Source: Vicugna vicugna (taxonomy: Eukaryota). Taken from it: a stretch of 64,000 bases of DNA. The first letter of the stretch is position 1. Each line of letters opens with the position of its first letter. Under the pieces are notes generated by a model. The model was not told the origin of the DNA and did not search any database. It was given only the letters and a program-made list of their open reading frames with translations. Of this stretch, positions 25,414-40,508 are shown piece by piece. The DNA is taken from positions 8,473,819 through 8,537,818 of the forward strand of contig MU058065.1 in the NCBI GenBank assembly GCA_013265495.1. Direction: 5' to 3'. The translations under genes and the position numbers were made by a program.

Positions 25414-26799
25414 AATACAACCTTGAAAGTCACCAATGTGACCACAATGACAATTTCACCATTGTTACTTTATTCATCTATACCAGAGCCTTTGATTCTG
25501 CTTATTTCCAAGTCTTTCTTTGACTCCCCTCACCTCCTTTGACTTTCTACCCTCATTTTCTTGCTACCTCTCAAATCCTCCTTCTGTCTCTCTTATTCCC
25601 CTACCTGCCTTCTCTGACCCATAATTGCTAGTGCTTTTCAGAATTCTCAATCTACTGCCCTCTGTTCTCAATAGTACATTCTCTTCCTTCTGTTGAAATA
25701 AAGGGCCTTCCTGCCTACAGCTATAGGACACCTCTATGCCAAGAATACCCAAATCCAGATGTCAAGAGTTAATAGATCATCTAGATGTATTTCCTATAGC
25801 CTAGAGGATATTTTCCACATAAATTATCTCATCATTTCTGGCTAAGCAGGTTCAGACCAAACTCATTATCTTTATTCTCAACAGACTCAATCTTCTAGTG
25901 TTACCAAGAGGATAGGAGAAGGGGGAGGGGAAAGAAGGAAGGGATGGAGAAGGAAACTCTACAAGTGCCTATTTTCATTAAAGATGACACTTACTGATTG
26001 TATAATTTGTTAACTTCTATGTTAGTTGCTTATACATGCATTGCCCCTATTTAATTACACATTAAAAAAATTTTGGAACAATACTGTGTGCCAGGTATTG
26101 TGCAACTGTTCTGGGCACAACAATCTTATGAAACAAGTACTATTTTGCAATGAGGGTATTTGGACTTCTGATTATGAATGGCTTCATGACTTCTCATTGA
26201 CCTCTCCAGGAAACATTATTATAAAATTTTAGAAATCAGAAACTGTCTTATACTTCTTTACTTCTAATGGGAAGACCCTGGTGCTAGAACTGTAGCAGAT
26301 ACTTGCTACATACTTACTGACCTGATAGGACAAAGGGGAAGGGAAAATGCCAACTTGGAAATATGACACGATCAACTGTTAAGAGAGGCTGACTTAATTA
26401 TCTTCCTCATTTTGTATACTTTATTATGCTGTTAGTATTTGATCTGAGAAGCAGGTTCTGAACATTTCTCCTTCCTTTTAGATTTCATAAGAGAGAGGGT
26501 TAAAAGAAAAATCCCTAGTTTCCAAGGCTTTACTCAATAGCATTAAGAGAAGAGACAGGGCTTTGCTCTTTTCCTGGAAGGTAGGCTTTGCCCATCCTCC
26601 ACCTCCACCCCCAGTCCAAATGAATTAATGAATGTGATACTGCAGAGTGTTAACCTCAGTCCACCATTAGCTCTGAATTCTCAGTCATCCTTGGGAGAAA
26701 AATAAGTTTTAAGGTACTGACTCAGACTCTAGAACATATGCATAAAATAACAATAACATTAAGCCACTCTGGAAGGAAATTCTCCAGATAATCCTTAAA

Positions 26800-27510
26800 C
26801 ACATTCTCCACTTTTCCTTAAACACTTCACCACTCTGGTCTAAGAAGCCATCATCTCTTACTATGGTTCTAAAAATGCTCCTTATCTTCTGGCTTCTACT
26901 CTTGCTGTCTTCCAATCAATTCTCCACTTAGCAGTTAGAAAGATCTTTTGATAACATCAATAAAATCATGCCATTTTCTGCTTAAAATGCCTCCAGGGAC
27001 TTCCCATTGGTATAAAATGAAATCCAAACTTCTTGTGTAGCCTAAGGACCTGCATGATCTGGCCCCTCCCCATCCTGCCACCCTAGGCTCTCCCACCTCC
27101 TTCATACACAGCTCCTATGCTTCAATAACACCGTCTGCCTGTGTGGCGCTCAACAATATCAAATGCTTTCCCACTGGTGGTCTTCTTCAATGCTGTCTGC
27201 CTTGCCTGGAATGCTGCTCCACTCTTGCCCCTTCACATGCCTTTATATTCCCCAACCTTCAGGTCAAATGTCACCGCTATAAGGCTTTCCTGACACAAAA
27301 CCTAAAACAAGCTTCTTGCTCTACCTTTCACTATTCTTTATCACAACAGCCCACTTCCTGTATAGCACTTAGCAACATTTACGATTAATTTTTGTTATTT
27401 TATTTCTTTACAGTCTGTCTCCTCTACTAGACTATAAGCTCTATGAACCGGTACCATACGAGAAGGCTAACAAGCAAGTATTCAACAAAATGTCCTTAAG
27501 TGACTAGAAT
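26800..27510 (+). mobile_element. LINE-2 3' fragment
   Basis: CTACTAGACTATAAGCTCTATGA and GCCTGGAATGCT motifs; approximate. Confidence 0.55.
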
Positions 27511-28319
27511 AATGATTTGGATGGAATTGGGAGCTGTTTGAAGTGGATTCACCGGATTGTGTCAGAGACTGACGAAAAGTTTAAGAGACACTGATGAGCT
27601 TCCCTATGCTTATTAAGCCCAGTTATGGCATAATTGCTAAACGTTCCTCCTCTGTTTTCTTCTTTAATAATGAAGATTTCAGTGGTCACAAGACTTCCCC
27701 AGTAAAGGTAACATTTCCCAGCATCCTTTGCAGCTAGATTTGATGATATGACCAATTTCTGGCCAGTGGGATGTGAGTAAATGTGACGTGTTTAACTTCC
27801 ACCTCTGCCCCTCTTCTTCCACTTTTCACCTTCTGGAGAGCTGGAGTGTGAACCTGATAGGCCATCTTCAGCCATGTAGACAAGGGCAACCCCCAAGGAT
27901 GGCAGAGGAATGAGAAGGAAGGAATTAGAGCCCTCCTTACAGCCATAAACACTCTTCCTCTGGACTGTAATATGAGAAAAAGGTGATTATCTAGCTTGTT
28001 TTAATCCAGGACTATTTTATTCTCTTAAGGCAGCTACATAGAAGTCCTACCCAATACACTGGGACTGTCAAGGTTATTTTATGTCTCAACCCTCTGCTGT
28101 GTTCCAATTCATCAGCCCTGGGGAATAGGCTAATATGCATCTCAGAGTTAGAGCATAAAATGGCACCATCCTTGATAATGGCTCATTCAAACAGTTTTGA
28201 CTCTCCAGGGTGGGCCAGGTATTCTGAAACTCAGCTGTCCGGACCAAAGGATATTGCACTGATGCTGGCTCAAGCTCCACCAGAAGCCCACTAGAGATTG
28301 CAATGCACTATATAAGACT

Positions 28320-28688
28320 GTTAAGGACTGAATGTTTTGTTCCCCCAAAATTCATGTTGAAATCTTAACCTCCAATGTGATGGTATTAGGGGGTGGAGTC
28401 TTTGGGAGGTGACAGGTCACAAGTGTGAAGCCTTCATGAATGAGATTAGTGCCCTTACAAAAGAGACCCCAGAGAGCTCTCTTGCTCTTTCTGCCATTTG
28501 AAGACACAGCAAAAAGATGGCCGTCTATGAACTAGGAAGCAGGTCCTCACCACATAATGGATATGCTGGCACCTTGATCTTGGACTTCCCAGCCTCCAGA
28601 AATGTGAGGAAAAAAATGCTTGTTATTTAAGCCATTCAACCTAGGGTATTTTGTCGCAGCAGCCCAAACAGCCAAATGGACTAAGACA
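28320..28688 (+). mobile_element. MLT1A/B-type MaLR LTR
   Basis: CCCCCAAAATTCATGTTGAAATCTTAACC...GGACTTCCCAGCCTCCAGA...CTAAGACA. Confidence 0.75.
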
Positions 28689-31600
28689 GATATCATCCTC
28701 TGCTTGTAATGAGACGGCCAAAACAGTGTTCCATAAGGGAGTTTTATTAGAAGAAAACCAACAGCTCTTAGGCATTCAAAAACCCAAAGACACCACCAAA
28801 TGGACATACCTATAGTGCCTTCGTAGGGCTGAGTCATCAGCAGGAAGTCTGGTCACACTATTCCCCACTGGCCAGTTCCTATCTAGTCAGTCACTCAGTC
28901 ATTAACTCCCACCCCAACCTCCACAGTGGCGGTTCACTGCTGCTTCATGCATCTCTCACCATCAGGCATGATTTCCCTGGACTCTGCTCACAATTCTCTG
29001 AAGTAGAGTTGATTTAGTGCCTTCTCCAAACCCATTCAGATACTCAGCAGAACTTGTGGACTTGGTGAGTGGAGAAGCCAGGAAGCTTTGAAGCCTCTGC
29101 TCTTATATTAATTGCAGGGAACAAGTATATATGGACGGAATGAGGCCGGAAAAGGCTAATAAATGGCAAGGACACTAAGCCTTAGCATCCAGACACAAGG
29201 AGTAGTAGGGGGTATGGTAAAGAGAAGAGCTCAGGTCTTGTCTGAACTAGGAAGTTACTGTTCTCCTCTCTTCCATCCACCAAGCCCAGTGATCAGCCAA
29301 CTGCTGTCCTAGATAAATTCAGGTCCATTTTGTATGGGTTGTCTGAAATTTCACGTGAAAGTTCCTGATTTTAATTGTTGTAATTAGTCCAAGTTTAAAT
29401 AAATTACCATGTGGACAAACAACCCAAACAAATCACAAATAGGCTGCCATTTTGTCATCCTCTGGCTTATAAAGCTTCCAAGTTAGGGTGCCTTGCTCCA
29501 CTGGTTTAAGAACAATCAGGAATTCACTTTTTGTACCTTCACTGATAGAGACACATCTCCTTCTTCCAAGGAGCCTGAACTGGACCCAGGAGGGTAAAGT
29601 ATCATCGTTTTCAGGTTAATTTACAACCACCACAGTGAACTGTGCCCTGCCCTAGTCCTGCTGTTCTTGCCATTCTTTCCTGACTGGCGTATCTGTTGCC
29701 AGGCTACATGCCACCCGTCTGGGGTGGTCAAACTTTCCCACTAGCATCTTGGTTTACCATCATTAGATGTACTAGGCCAACCAGGAAGTAAAATGCTTCC
29801 CACTTTCCCCCTGAAAATTACTATTAGCCCCTCTCAGAGAGACAGTCTCACTAAAAGAAAGACGGAAGGAAATTTGGTTCAGACTGGTGTCAAATGATTG
29901 AAACAAATGATAGGACAGCAGCTTAGAACTCGCAGCCTCCAGCAGGGTGCTGTGAATGGCTGTGAGCAGAGTCAGGCTGCAGCCTGTTTCTCTGTGGTCC
30001 TGTGAGCAGCACCTCCTTTGTCTCCTGGTCCTAAAAAGCTCTCACACTGAGGCTGGTCCATCTTCTGGGGAGCATTGGATTGTATACATAGGAAATAGCT
30101 CCCGGTAGTGAGAGTAGTTAGATAGAAGGAGCCTGAGTATTGTTTTATCATAAGAACTATAAGATCTGGTCTTTACTACCTGAGTTTTTGTTTGCTTTTG
30201 CCCTACCTCTCATAGCACACAAACCCCTTCCACCCCTAACTCCCAACATAAGTACATACTGCAATATAAACTCTACCAAGGCAGAGACACCTAACTGGCC
30301 TATCGACTGTACTGTATCCCCCATGGCTAGAACAGTACCTGGCACATGACAGGTGCTCAGTAAATGTTGGTTGAATATTGTCAGCTGGTTAAGAATCTTA
30401 CTTATATTTGGATCAGGATGGCTTTTATCTCAAGGCAGAGTGGGGCTAGATGCCACACTGACATTCCTTCATCACCAAGATTTTGTGAGTCTCAATGCTG
30501 GGACTCCTACAGGCCCCTGTCAGTCTGAGCCAGCAGCTGCTTTGCTTAGGGGAGAAAATGAAGTTACAAGGCAGATGGGGTGGGGGAGGGGTGGGAAGAT
30601 GGGTGAGCAGCAAGAGCATCTTAAAAGACGCATTGAGTCAGTGCTAATGACAGAGTGGGAGTGTGGAAGGATCATGGCCATGGAGATAACTTTTTTTCCC
30701 CCAGGACAAAGAGGGCAGTGATGCAGAGCTCAGGGCAGCATTTGATTCAGTCAAAGGGGCGGTCAGTGCAGCGTGGTGTGGATGCCCTGAGAAGAGAGGG
30801 CTCAATCTGGAGCCAGAGTTAAAATCTGGAAACAAAGAGCCTCCAAGAGACAGAACTGTTGCTGTGCCCCCAGGCCTTTCGGGGTTAGCAGACATTCAAA
30901 CCCTGACTGAGCGCAGAGGCAGAGGCAGAGGCAGAGAGGACATGCCTTTTCAACAAAAGATCTCTCGAGGAGACTCCACATTCCTCTTGCTCACAGGCAC
31001 TCTTTGGACTATGAAAAGGAGCTTTCTGACTGCTCATAGTGCCACTTCCTTGAGGGTGAGGAATGGTTCCTTGTCATCCTCAGCAGGCAAAACTGGCTTG
31101 AAGCCAGTCCAGTACTTTTTCACCGGAGGACTGCAGAATCCCTGTCTGAGGCACTCAGCCGCCACACAGGGGCTGCAGTATGGCCAGGCCCACAGTGACC
31201 CAACGTGGCAGAGTTCCGTGAATCCACAAATCCAGGTCAGGTCACAAACCACATTAAATTATATCTTCAATAAAAGTATCTTTGAAAGAAATTTGAAGTA
31301 TTCCTTCCTCCCAAGAAAGCCTGGAATTTTCTGGAATAAGAAACCCCTCAGAACTGAGTTAATATTTCTCTACCTGTTAAAAAAAATTCTTTGTCATTGG
31401 GATCAAATCACCAGGAATTCTGTTCTTCTGCACCAGTACTTTGAATTTTCCTCTTTAAATGTACATCTCTTTTAAGAGGTGATGGTATAATTTTTTAAAA
31501 AATTGGTCATAACTACATAACTGACTTCAGTAGTAAAAGCGATCCCTTGAGAAACTATCTATTAAGTAAGAAGCAGAAGAGATTTCTCTCTTTCTTTAAT

Positions 31601-32399
31601 GAGTGCAGACTGGAATCTGTCAGCAACAAAGACAGAGGGCTAAGTGTTTCTCAAAAGGTCAGAGAGCAGGGGGACAGAGGAACAGGAGGAAGTGATGTCT
31701 GATTCCACTCTCAACCAGATCCATTTCCAATTCACTTTGTGAAAATCTAGGTGGTGTGCCCCACAGAGGATGATGGCATTTCTTTCCTTTTACATTATTT
31801 TAATACCTTGCAGGGGAAAATACAGTACTCTCTGAAAACAGACTTAGAAACAGCATCCTGCCTGGAATGTTAACACATTCCCTAGATCTGCCAAATTCTT
31901 AAGTGGAGTTTCACAGAGCCAATCCAGGTGTAATTTTACTATGGTGGGTTAATAGTGCAAAGCAAGATGGAGAATCTAAATAATAAATCACTGTTACTGG
32001 GCACCAAAACACAAATAAGATATTTTCCCCATCCTCAGGAGACTAGCTCCCCTGCATAAGGAATGAACGAGAAGGTAGTCTCTCAAACACACACCTGCAG
32101 ATGCAGGAAGCATACACCCTTCAAGGAAAGATCCTCTTTTGGAATCATCAATTTATGGAGCCCAGCTGAAATGGAGCAAATCTCAAAACTGACAAAGGTT
32201 GCTTCTTCCCTTCTTTCCTGGGTAAGGAGAGGGAGGTGAGGTGAAGGTGGGCTCGAGTTTATTTTAAAAATCATTTATCATCTTGTTTCTGAGGAGAACG
32301 CAACTGTTTTCCCCCCATCCCCCCTCATTACCATCCCTTCAGGAGGTTTCTACCCCCTCAGCTAAGGCTGCCCCTTTCCTTCCCAGCCAGCCGCACATA

Positions 32400-33000
<601 letters not shown>

Positions 33001-35359
33001 CCCAGAGCAAGGGATGTGTAGGTGTAGGTAAAATTAACCGAAAGGGAGAGAGGAGAGAGTTCTTCCTAAGAGGTGGTGGAGAAGCTTTGCCGAATGAAAT
33101 ACTGTATACTAAAGGGAACCTTTTAAGCCAAAGGTTCTGTACCCGAGGTAGGGATTAAGGAGACCTATGGAAAACATGCTGTGGAATTTATTATGGATGT
33201 GGATTTATATTGCCTATAGAGTGATTAAGAAACATGGGAAGACTCCACTTAACTGGAAAAGGTTCTAACATGTATTTCGTATCTCGTAAAAGTTGTTGGA
33301 CGAAGGGAGAACTTTGTAAGTATGTATACAAGGAAAGAAAACACAAAGGGGAAAATAAATAAATTGACCTATATGAAGATGTAAATCCTCACTGAATTAA
33401 AAAAAGCAATATATAGTTTAAAGGCACATGAAAAACACTTACACATACAACAAATGTAGTATATAAAGCACTTTCACAAATAAATAAGGAAAAAAAATTA
33501 ACACACTGATAGAAAAATAGGCTTATGAAGTGGACCAAGTGTTTCAAATAAAGAATCAAAAATAGGCAGTGAATATGTGAGAAAATAGTCAACTTTTTTG
33601 GCAATGAAATGCAAAATATAACAATAAAAAGATGCCATTATTTTTCTAACAAAATTTTAAAACATTGGGGAAAATGAAAGTGTTGATGAGGGGATGAAAA
33701 ATCAGGGAACAATGTAAATTATTACAAGCTTTCTAGAGATAAGTTTGGAAAAAAATGTGTTAACAGATTCATGCTCTATGACCTTGTAATTCCTCTCTCA
33801 GGAATTTACTCTGAGGAAATAATCAGAGACAAGTATAGATTTGTAGTATAAGAATATAGTATTGAGTAGTGAAACATTGTAAAGGAAATAATTAAATCAG
33901 TAACAATGAACTATTATGCTGCTGTTTAAACATCTTGCTGTTGAAGACTTTATGTGGACAAATGCATAGTACGTAATTGAAAAAAGCAGGATTCCAAACA
34001 AAATATAGCATTCCAATTTAATTGTTAATGAAAAAAATATATATGTAGAAAAAGACTGGAAAGAAGTTTATAATATTGTTAACAGCAGCTACTTTTTCTG
34101 GAAATGACTTGAGTTTGGGTAGTTAGAGTGTCCTCATTTTTCAGGTATTTTTAATGAACGTGTAAATTGTCTCTGCTTACCATTATGTTTCTAATGCCTG
34201 GCACATAGTATGGACTTAAAAACATATGTTAAAAAAATGGAACAATATTTTAGAGAGAAAAAAGATGGGAAAGTAACATTTCTGAATCTGGCCCTGGTGT
34301 AGCCTCATCACCATTACTGCCCACTTCACTCCCAACACCATGCTCTATCCCTTTTCAGGAAAATTCATAAGAAAAGTGGACTTGGTTATCATTTTACGTG
34401 AAAGTCAGATACTAGTCTTCATGGCAGATTTGTCAGATCCAGGTTCAATCTTTCAGGACTCTTTATAGGTTTTCATATATTTGAACTTCATTTCTGTTTG
34501 GTAAGTTTGCACTGACCAAATACTGCATGTCAGCTGTGGGGCACAGTGGCAAGCCTTATTTTTATTAGAACACAAGGAAATATTAAGGTGATGATCTTAT
34601 AATTTTTTGGAAACCAGGGATCCTTTTGAGATTCCAATGATTGGGATGGAGCATCTCCCCAGAAAAAAATATTTCATATACTTAAAAAATACATGTAATA
34701 TTATATTATAAGTGGATTTCCTTCAGGAGAGAATATGCCAATAATTTTTACTCTTTCTCAGCTTTCTTTTTTAATGCCAGAATTAATGGCTACTTTCTGA
34801 AAATTGTTATAGAAACCCAAATTGGGCCAATAAAATAAAATGTTAGCCAATTCTATTTCTAGTAAGAAGGCATGGATTACAAGTTGAATTTTCAGGCGTG
34901 TTTTTAAAAATGGTTGTTATCATGTTGTCTTTCACATCCAAATGATTTTGACTGTTCCTTTCCTGAGAGGATGCTGAAAACCCTAGCTCACAAGAGTGAG
35001 ATGTAGTGAACAGAATTGGAACCCTCTTCGTCTGTTTGACAGTTAGACAACGGGAGTCCTGATTCCATCAAGGAACACTGTACCTAAGACCATTCACATT
35101 GAATTCAAGCCAGATCCTCGTCTCTGTCTTCAAGGTTGTCATTGTGACAGTGGTTGCAATGAAAGTAGACATGGGAAGTGGAACTTTTTCTTGGCTCTGG
35201 GACTAGGCTCTTAACACCAGGGGTTAGAAGTCGCTTAATCAATGCAGCACTCCGAGTTAAAGACTGAAAGAAATCAGTATCAACCCAGGCAGGAAAGCAA
35301 TGTACTTTGCTACAAATGCCTCTGATGTGAGAAATAACTCGTTATTTGCAAGTTACTTC

Positions 35360-35630
35360 CTCTTCTTTTTTTTTTTTCCATTGGATTTTGGAGGAGGATA
35401 ATTAGGTTTGTTTATTTATTTATTTATTTATTTAGACAGAAGTACTAGGACTTGAACTTAGGACCTCGTGCATGCTAAGCATGCACTCTACCACTGAGCT
35501 ATACCACCCTTCTTTTTTTTTATTAATTGAAGTATAGATGATTTACAATATTTTGTTAGTTTCAGGTGTACAGCAAAGTGATTTAAATATATACATACTT
35601 TTAATGATTCTTTTCCATTATAGGTTATTA
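35360..35630 (-). mobile_element. Composite: Vic-1-like SINE (about 35365-35510) inserted in the A tail of a short L1 3' fragment (about 35511-35630)
   Basis: Shared flanking TSD GCAAGTTACTTC at 35348-35359 and 35631-35642. Confidence 0.78.
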
Positions 35631-36280
35631 GCAAGTTACTTCTGTACCTGTTTTAACTAAATTTATCAAGCTTTCTGAATTTCTGTAGCAACTCATATAA
35701 AAAACAGAAAATGTCCATCCAAATCATTTAGCATAAGGGTTAGAAGAAGGATGTTATCTAATTATTTTCTAGTTTGTTGTAAGGTAATATAAGAGCACTG
35801 CAGTAAATTCAGGTAGTATAGAAGTATATGAAAGAAAAAAATGAGCTTTCCCTTTCTGCCCTTCTGAATCCCCTTCCTGGCAATTTTCTGTGGGTCATTC
35901 ACATGCATACAAATACACATGTGTGTATTTTGTTATTTACAAAACTGGGATCGGAGGATTCTTACTGCTCGGTAATTTTTCCTTTCCATGCTAATGCATA
36001 TAGTAATATCTCATTCTTCTCAAAGTTATATGATATTCCATTGTATGGATGTGTAATAATTTATTTGGCCATTCCTTTCATGGAAATTTAGGTTTATAGT
36101 TTTACCCAGGATTGCAGTGTTCTTCCTTGTAACACCTTTGCCCTTTAGTTCAAGTTTATATAGCAGTTAAAATAAATAGCCTTTTAAAGTTGTGTTCCAG
36201 TACAACTCTGCTAATATTAGATAACTTTCCTCAAGTCCTCAGGGTTTAGGTAGTAATCAGTGATAATTCAATAAACTTCT

Positions 36281-36624
36281 TTTTTATATTTTTATTGAAG
36301 TATGGTTAGTTTACAATGTTGTGTCATTTCTGGTGTACAGCATAATGCTTCAGTCATACATGAACATGCATATATTCGTTTTCATATTCTTTTTCACCAT
36401 AAGTTACTACAAGATATTGAATATAGTTCCCTGTGCTATACAGTATGAACTTGTTGTTCATTGGATTTTGTGAGAATCCTCCTGTATTTTGAAGCGAGAG
36501 ACACTCTGCCAGAGTTCAGTAGGTGTTCTGTGTGATTCATTGGGTTTGTAGATCTAATTCTTGGTGTTTTTGTGGGAGAGGGCGAGCTGTGAGTCTCTCT
36601 ACTCCACCGTCTTGGCACCTTCCC
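36281..36624 (-). mobile_element. Bipartite mini-L1: 163-nt L1 5' end fused to a 181-nt L1 3' end, with TSD
   Basis: 12-bp TSD CAATAAACTTCT at 36269-36280 and 36625-36636. The 5' part resembles 56563-56723 and the 3' part resembles 63589-63770. Confidence 0.85.
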
Positions 36625-38349
36625 CAATAAACTTCTAGCTAGATAATTCGTATGAATAATCCTATTTATATTTTCACCATATTTCTTATTTGAAGCCTTA
36701 GACAAAGTCAGCATTAATCACCTTAGTATTCCTGAGGATATATATTTATATATATTTTTAATGACGCTTAACTTCTTAATGTAGATTTAGAAAGAGTTTA
36801 AGGTGTCAGATTTCCCTGCCCCATTCAATCTGTGCCCTACTCTGGAAGCTAGAGCAAATTATGCAATAATCTTGCAGGCAAAAAGATTAATGAGGGAAGT
36901 GGGGCAGAGGCAGTGGCTGATCCAGGGGAACGTGTTTCTTCTTTCCATTTTACTGATCAGATTAGTTTTTCCTCCTAACTCAGGGAAGCCTGGCAGAGGG
37001 TTGGACCTGAGCTAGAAGCATATATTTCAGTTCTTTTCCCTCCTGGGAGTAGAAGGCCCCTCCTGGAAACAGGTGAAAGAAATAAGGATTCTCCCTAATA
37101 GTATAAATTATGCTTTGTTGAAAATTATGCATGTATTTTGATAAATTAAATTCTCTTTTAAAGTTAGTCATGTCTTAGAAGGAACTCATAGCAAATCTTT
37201 TTAATATTTGCTTTATAATAAAAGCTCTCAAGTTGCCTGTCAGAATTTCAAAAAGTTGTTTGCATTTGGAGCTCACTAAATTATAACCGAAACTCAAAAA
37301 AATAGTTTTTTAAAGTGCCTTATTTTAATGTGAAGCAGCCATCTCATCATACGCAACTAGAATAGCCCTGGTCAAATGCAGAGTCATTTTACACCTTACC
37401 TTCCCAAGCCTCATTTATCCCATACGTGAATATTGAGTGTGGACTGTATGTGAGTGTAACAGTTACAGTAACGACAGGGTCTCCCTGTCTTCCAGGGGAT
37501 GACAGTGATTGAGGGGAGACAGTTAATTATCATACAACAGAGGCAGGTATGTGAGAGCACGTAGAAGGAGCTGCCAGCCTGCTCTTGGTAAGGGAGAGGA
37601 AGGAGGGTTTTAATATAGTTGTGATTATCAGTATGGTTCGTTTGAAATCTGCCATCCACATCTGGGCTTCCCAGAGCAGGGGCGAGGCTCCTCCCTCTCT
37701 TTGAGGCTGCCTTGGCAAGTATTTCTGCTTTTTATATTTGTGCATGAAAAGAAGGAAGTATTCTCTTCAGGATGAACCAAAACATAAGGCAACAATGAGC
37801 AGTAACATTCAGGATTACTTTGTAAGGTAGATGAATATTCCAGCATCTCAGAGCTTATTATTTTTACTCAAGGAAAACACTGGTAGCAGTGTCCACAACC
37901 CCATGGGTAGCTCTTCCTTTTACAACTCCATTTACATTCAATTCTAATTTCCCTTCCAGTGTTACAATTTTTATTTCTTTGTTGTGTTTCCATCTTTATT
38001 GGCCAGTCACTCTTTCAGTCATCCTTTTTTTTGGTTAAGTGTCATATGTGTTTATCATTGGAAGACAAAGAGGCAACACAGCTGCCTTCTTTGCTGTCTG
38101 TGCGTAGATTGAAGAACAAAAGCACAGTGACCGGTCATTTACAGACATTGAAAGAAGTGACACGATTAGTCACTGATTGTGATGTGCACCTTTATTTGCA
38201 TGATGACTTATGGATTTGTGCTAGCAATGAAGTTTGTGTTTTATGCAGTTGCTCGCAGTTAATATGGCATAGTAACTGAAATCTGAACCATGTTGTTGGG
38301 AGACTGGGGTTATTTAAGCTAATGTAACAGAAATTAGGGTGTATTAGAG

Positions 38350-39720
38350 TTGAGCAAAACAAGAACTGATAGTACTTCTAGTTCACTATTCCTGACCATT
38401 GTATAGCAATTAAATTCTGTTCCCATACATTTTATGTCTACATATGTTATAAATCCTACAATACATTGCTATCATTTTTACTTTAAAGAAGCACAACCTT
38501 TTACAGAGATTTGAAGGAAATACAAGAAGTCTTTATGTTTACTTTATTTACTCACAAAATTACCATTTCTGGTAGATTCAGATTTTCATCTGTATCATAG
38601 CCCTGCTTGAAGGCCTTCCTTTAATCTTACTTGCAGTGCAGGTCTGCTTTAATGAATTCTTCTGGGTATTATGTGTGTGAACAAGTCTTTACTTTGCCAT
38701 CATTTTGAAAGCTGTTTCCACTGGATAGGATTTCTAGATTTCAAAACTCTCCACTGTCTCCTGGCTTTTATTGTTTCTGAAAAGAAGTCTTCTGTCTTCC
38801 TTGTCTTGTTTTGTTCTGTACTTAATGTGTTCTTTCTCTGGCTGCTTTTAATATTTTTCTCCTTATCCCTGGTATATTTAATTGTGTCACCAACACCATT
38901 TCTGGGTCTGTTTTTATTAATTGACTTTTCCCTCATCCTGGCTTCTATTTTCCTTCTCCTTTGTGTGTCTGGTGGTTTTTGTTGGATGCCAGACATCTGA
39001 ATTTTGCCTTGTTGGATGCTGATTATTTTTATATTCTTAAAAATATTATTGAGCTTTGTTCTGTGATACAGTTAAGTTAAGTTGGAAACAGTTTGATATT
39101 TTAAAGAGACTTTCTTTCTGTTACCCGTTGATCTGAACAGCTTTTGGCTTAGGGTTAATTTTGCTTCACTACTGAGGCCATACTCTTCTGAGTACTTTAC
39201 CCAGTGCCCCATAAGAGTTTTTCCTGGTGGGGACACTGACTGTTCCCAGATCTGTGTCAATGTCTGGGTTTGTTTCCTCTGCTTATTTTGGGTGGTTCTT
39301 TCCCGAGCCTCAGATAGTTCCCTTACGTGTACTGATCGGTGCTCAGGTGAAAACTGGAAGGAACTCGACAGATCTCTGGAGCTTTCTCTTGGGGTCCCTC
39401 TTTGCTTCCTGTGCCTTGTGTAATCCAGCCATCTCGGCCTCCCTGGACTCCCACTCCCATCTCCTCTGTCCAGGAGACTGCTGCGCTGTGAATGGTTTCC
39501 TCCCCCCTGTGCTGAAGGCTAGAGACTCTCTCTGAGCAGCAGCCTGGAATAATAATAGGGCTCACGTTGTCTCTTCCCATTCTCTGGGATCACTGTTCTG
39601 TGCTGCCTGATGTCCAATGCCTGAAAATCATTGTTGCACATGTTTTGTTCAGTTTTTAGTTGTCTTGTGCTGGAGGGCAAACTCAGGGTCTATTACTCCA
39701 CCTTGACCATAAGCAGAACT
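38350..39720 (-). mobile_element. Old L1M remnant (ORF1/5' region)
   Basis: Minus-strand peptide TEDFFSETIKARRQWRVLK resembles L1 ORF1; approximate. Confidence 0.55.
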
Positions 39721-39770
39721 TCTAGTTTATCTTTTTTTTTTCTAACAGGATCACACAAAATATTTTCTAA

Positions 39771-40028
<258 letters not shown>

Positions 40029-40508
40029 TAAACCTGACTGTGCTTTGGGTTTTCCTATGGTAGCTGTCTTAGATGAGGTTTACTGAAAGCAGAGCCTGTG
40101 ATGGGGATTCTTGTGTTAATGAGCTATGAGTGAGTGACCTCAGGAGAAGAAGAGGAAGGGAAGCAACATAGAGAAGCTAAGCAAGCACAGTTTCAGCTAG
40201 AGACTACCTTTTGTCCTTGAAGTCATTTCTTAATGTCTATTTCATCACTATCCATCATTCAGGGTTGGTAGCTTACAAATTAAAACAATGGAGGAGTGAT
40301 CCAGGCCCTTGGATAAATCTTGTCATCAAAATTCCAGATTTAGCTTTATGATCCTAAATTTTTCAGGTTTATTCATTGTGACTACATCTCCGTTTATTGT
40401 GGTACTCAAGAGTTACCGTTCACTGGGAGAGACTGTGAGCTCTGTTACTCACCTAGAGCAAGGGATAAAATCCAAGTGGCAAGTTAGATTATTAACCAAT
40501 TCACTTTT

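Noticed and set aside
30864..31475. 203-aa plus-strand ORF and a 72-aa Cys/Trp-rich minus-strand ORF
   Set aside because: Non-ATG starts, no recognisable protein, and no splice or retrocopy hallmarks that I could identify.
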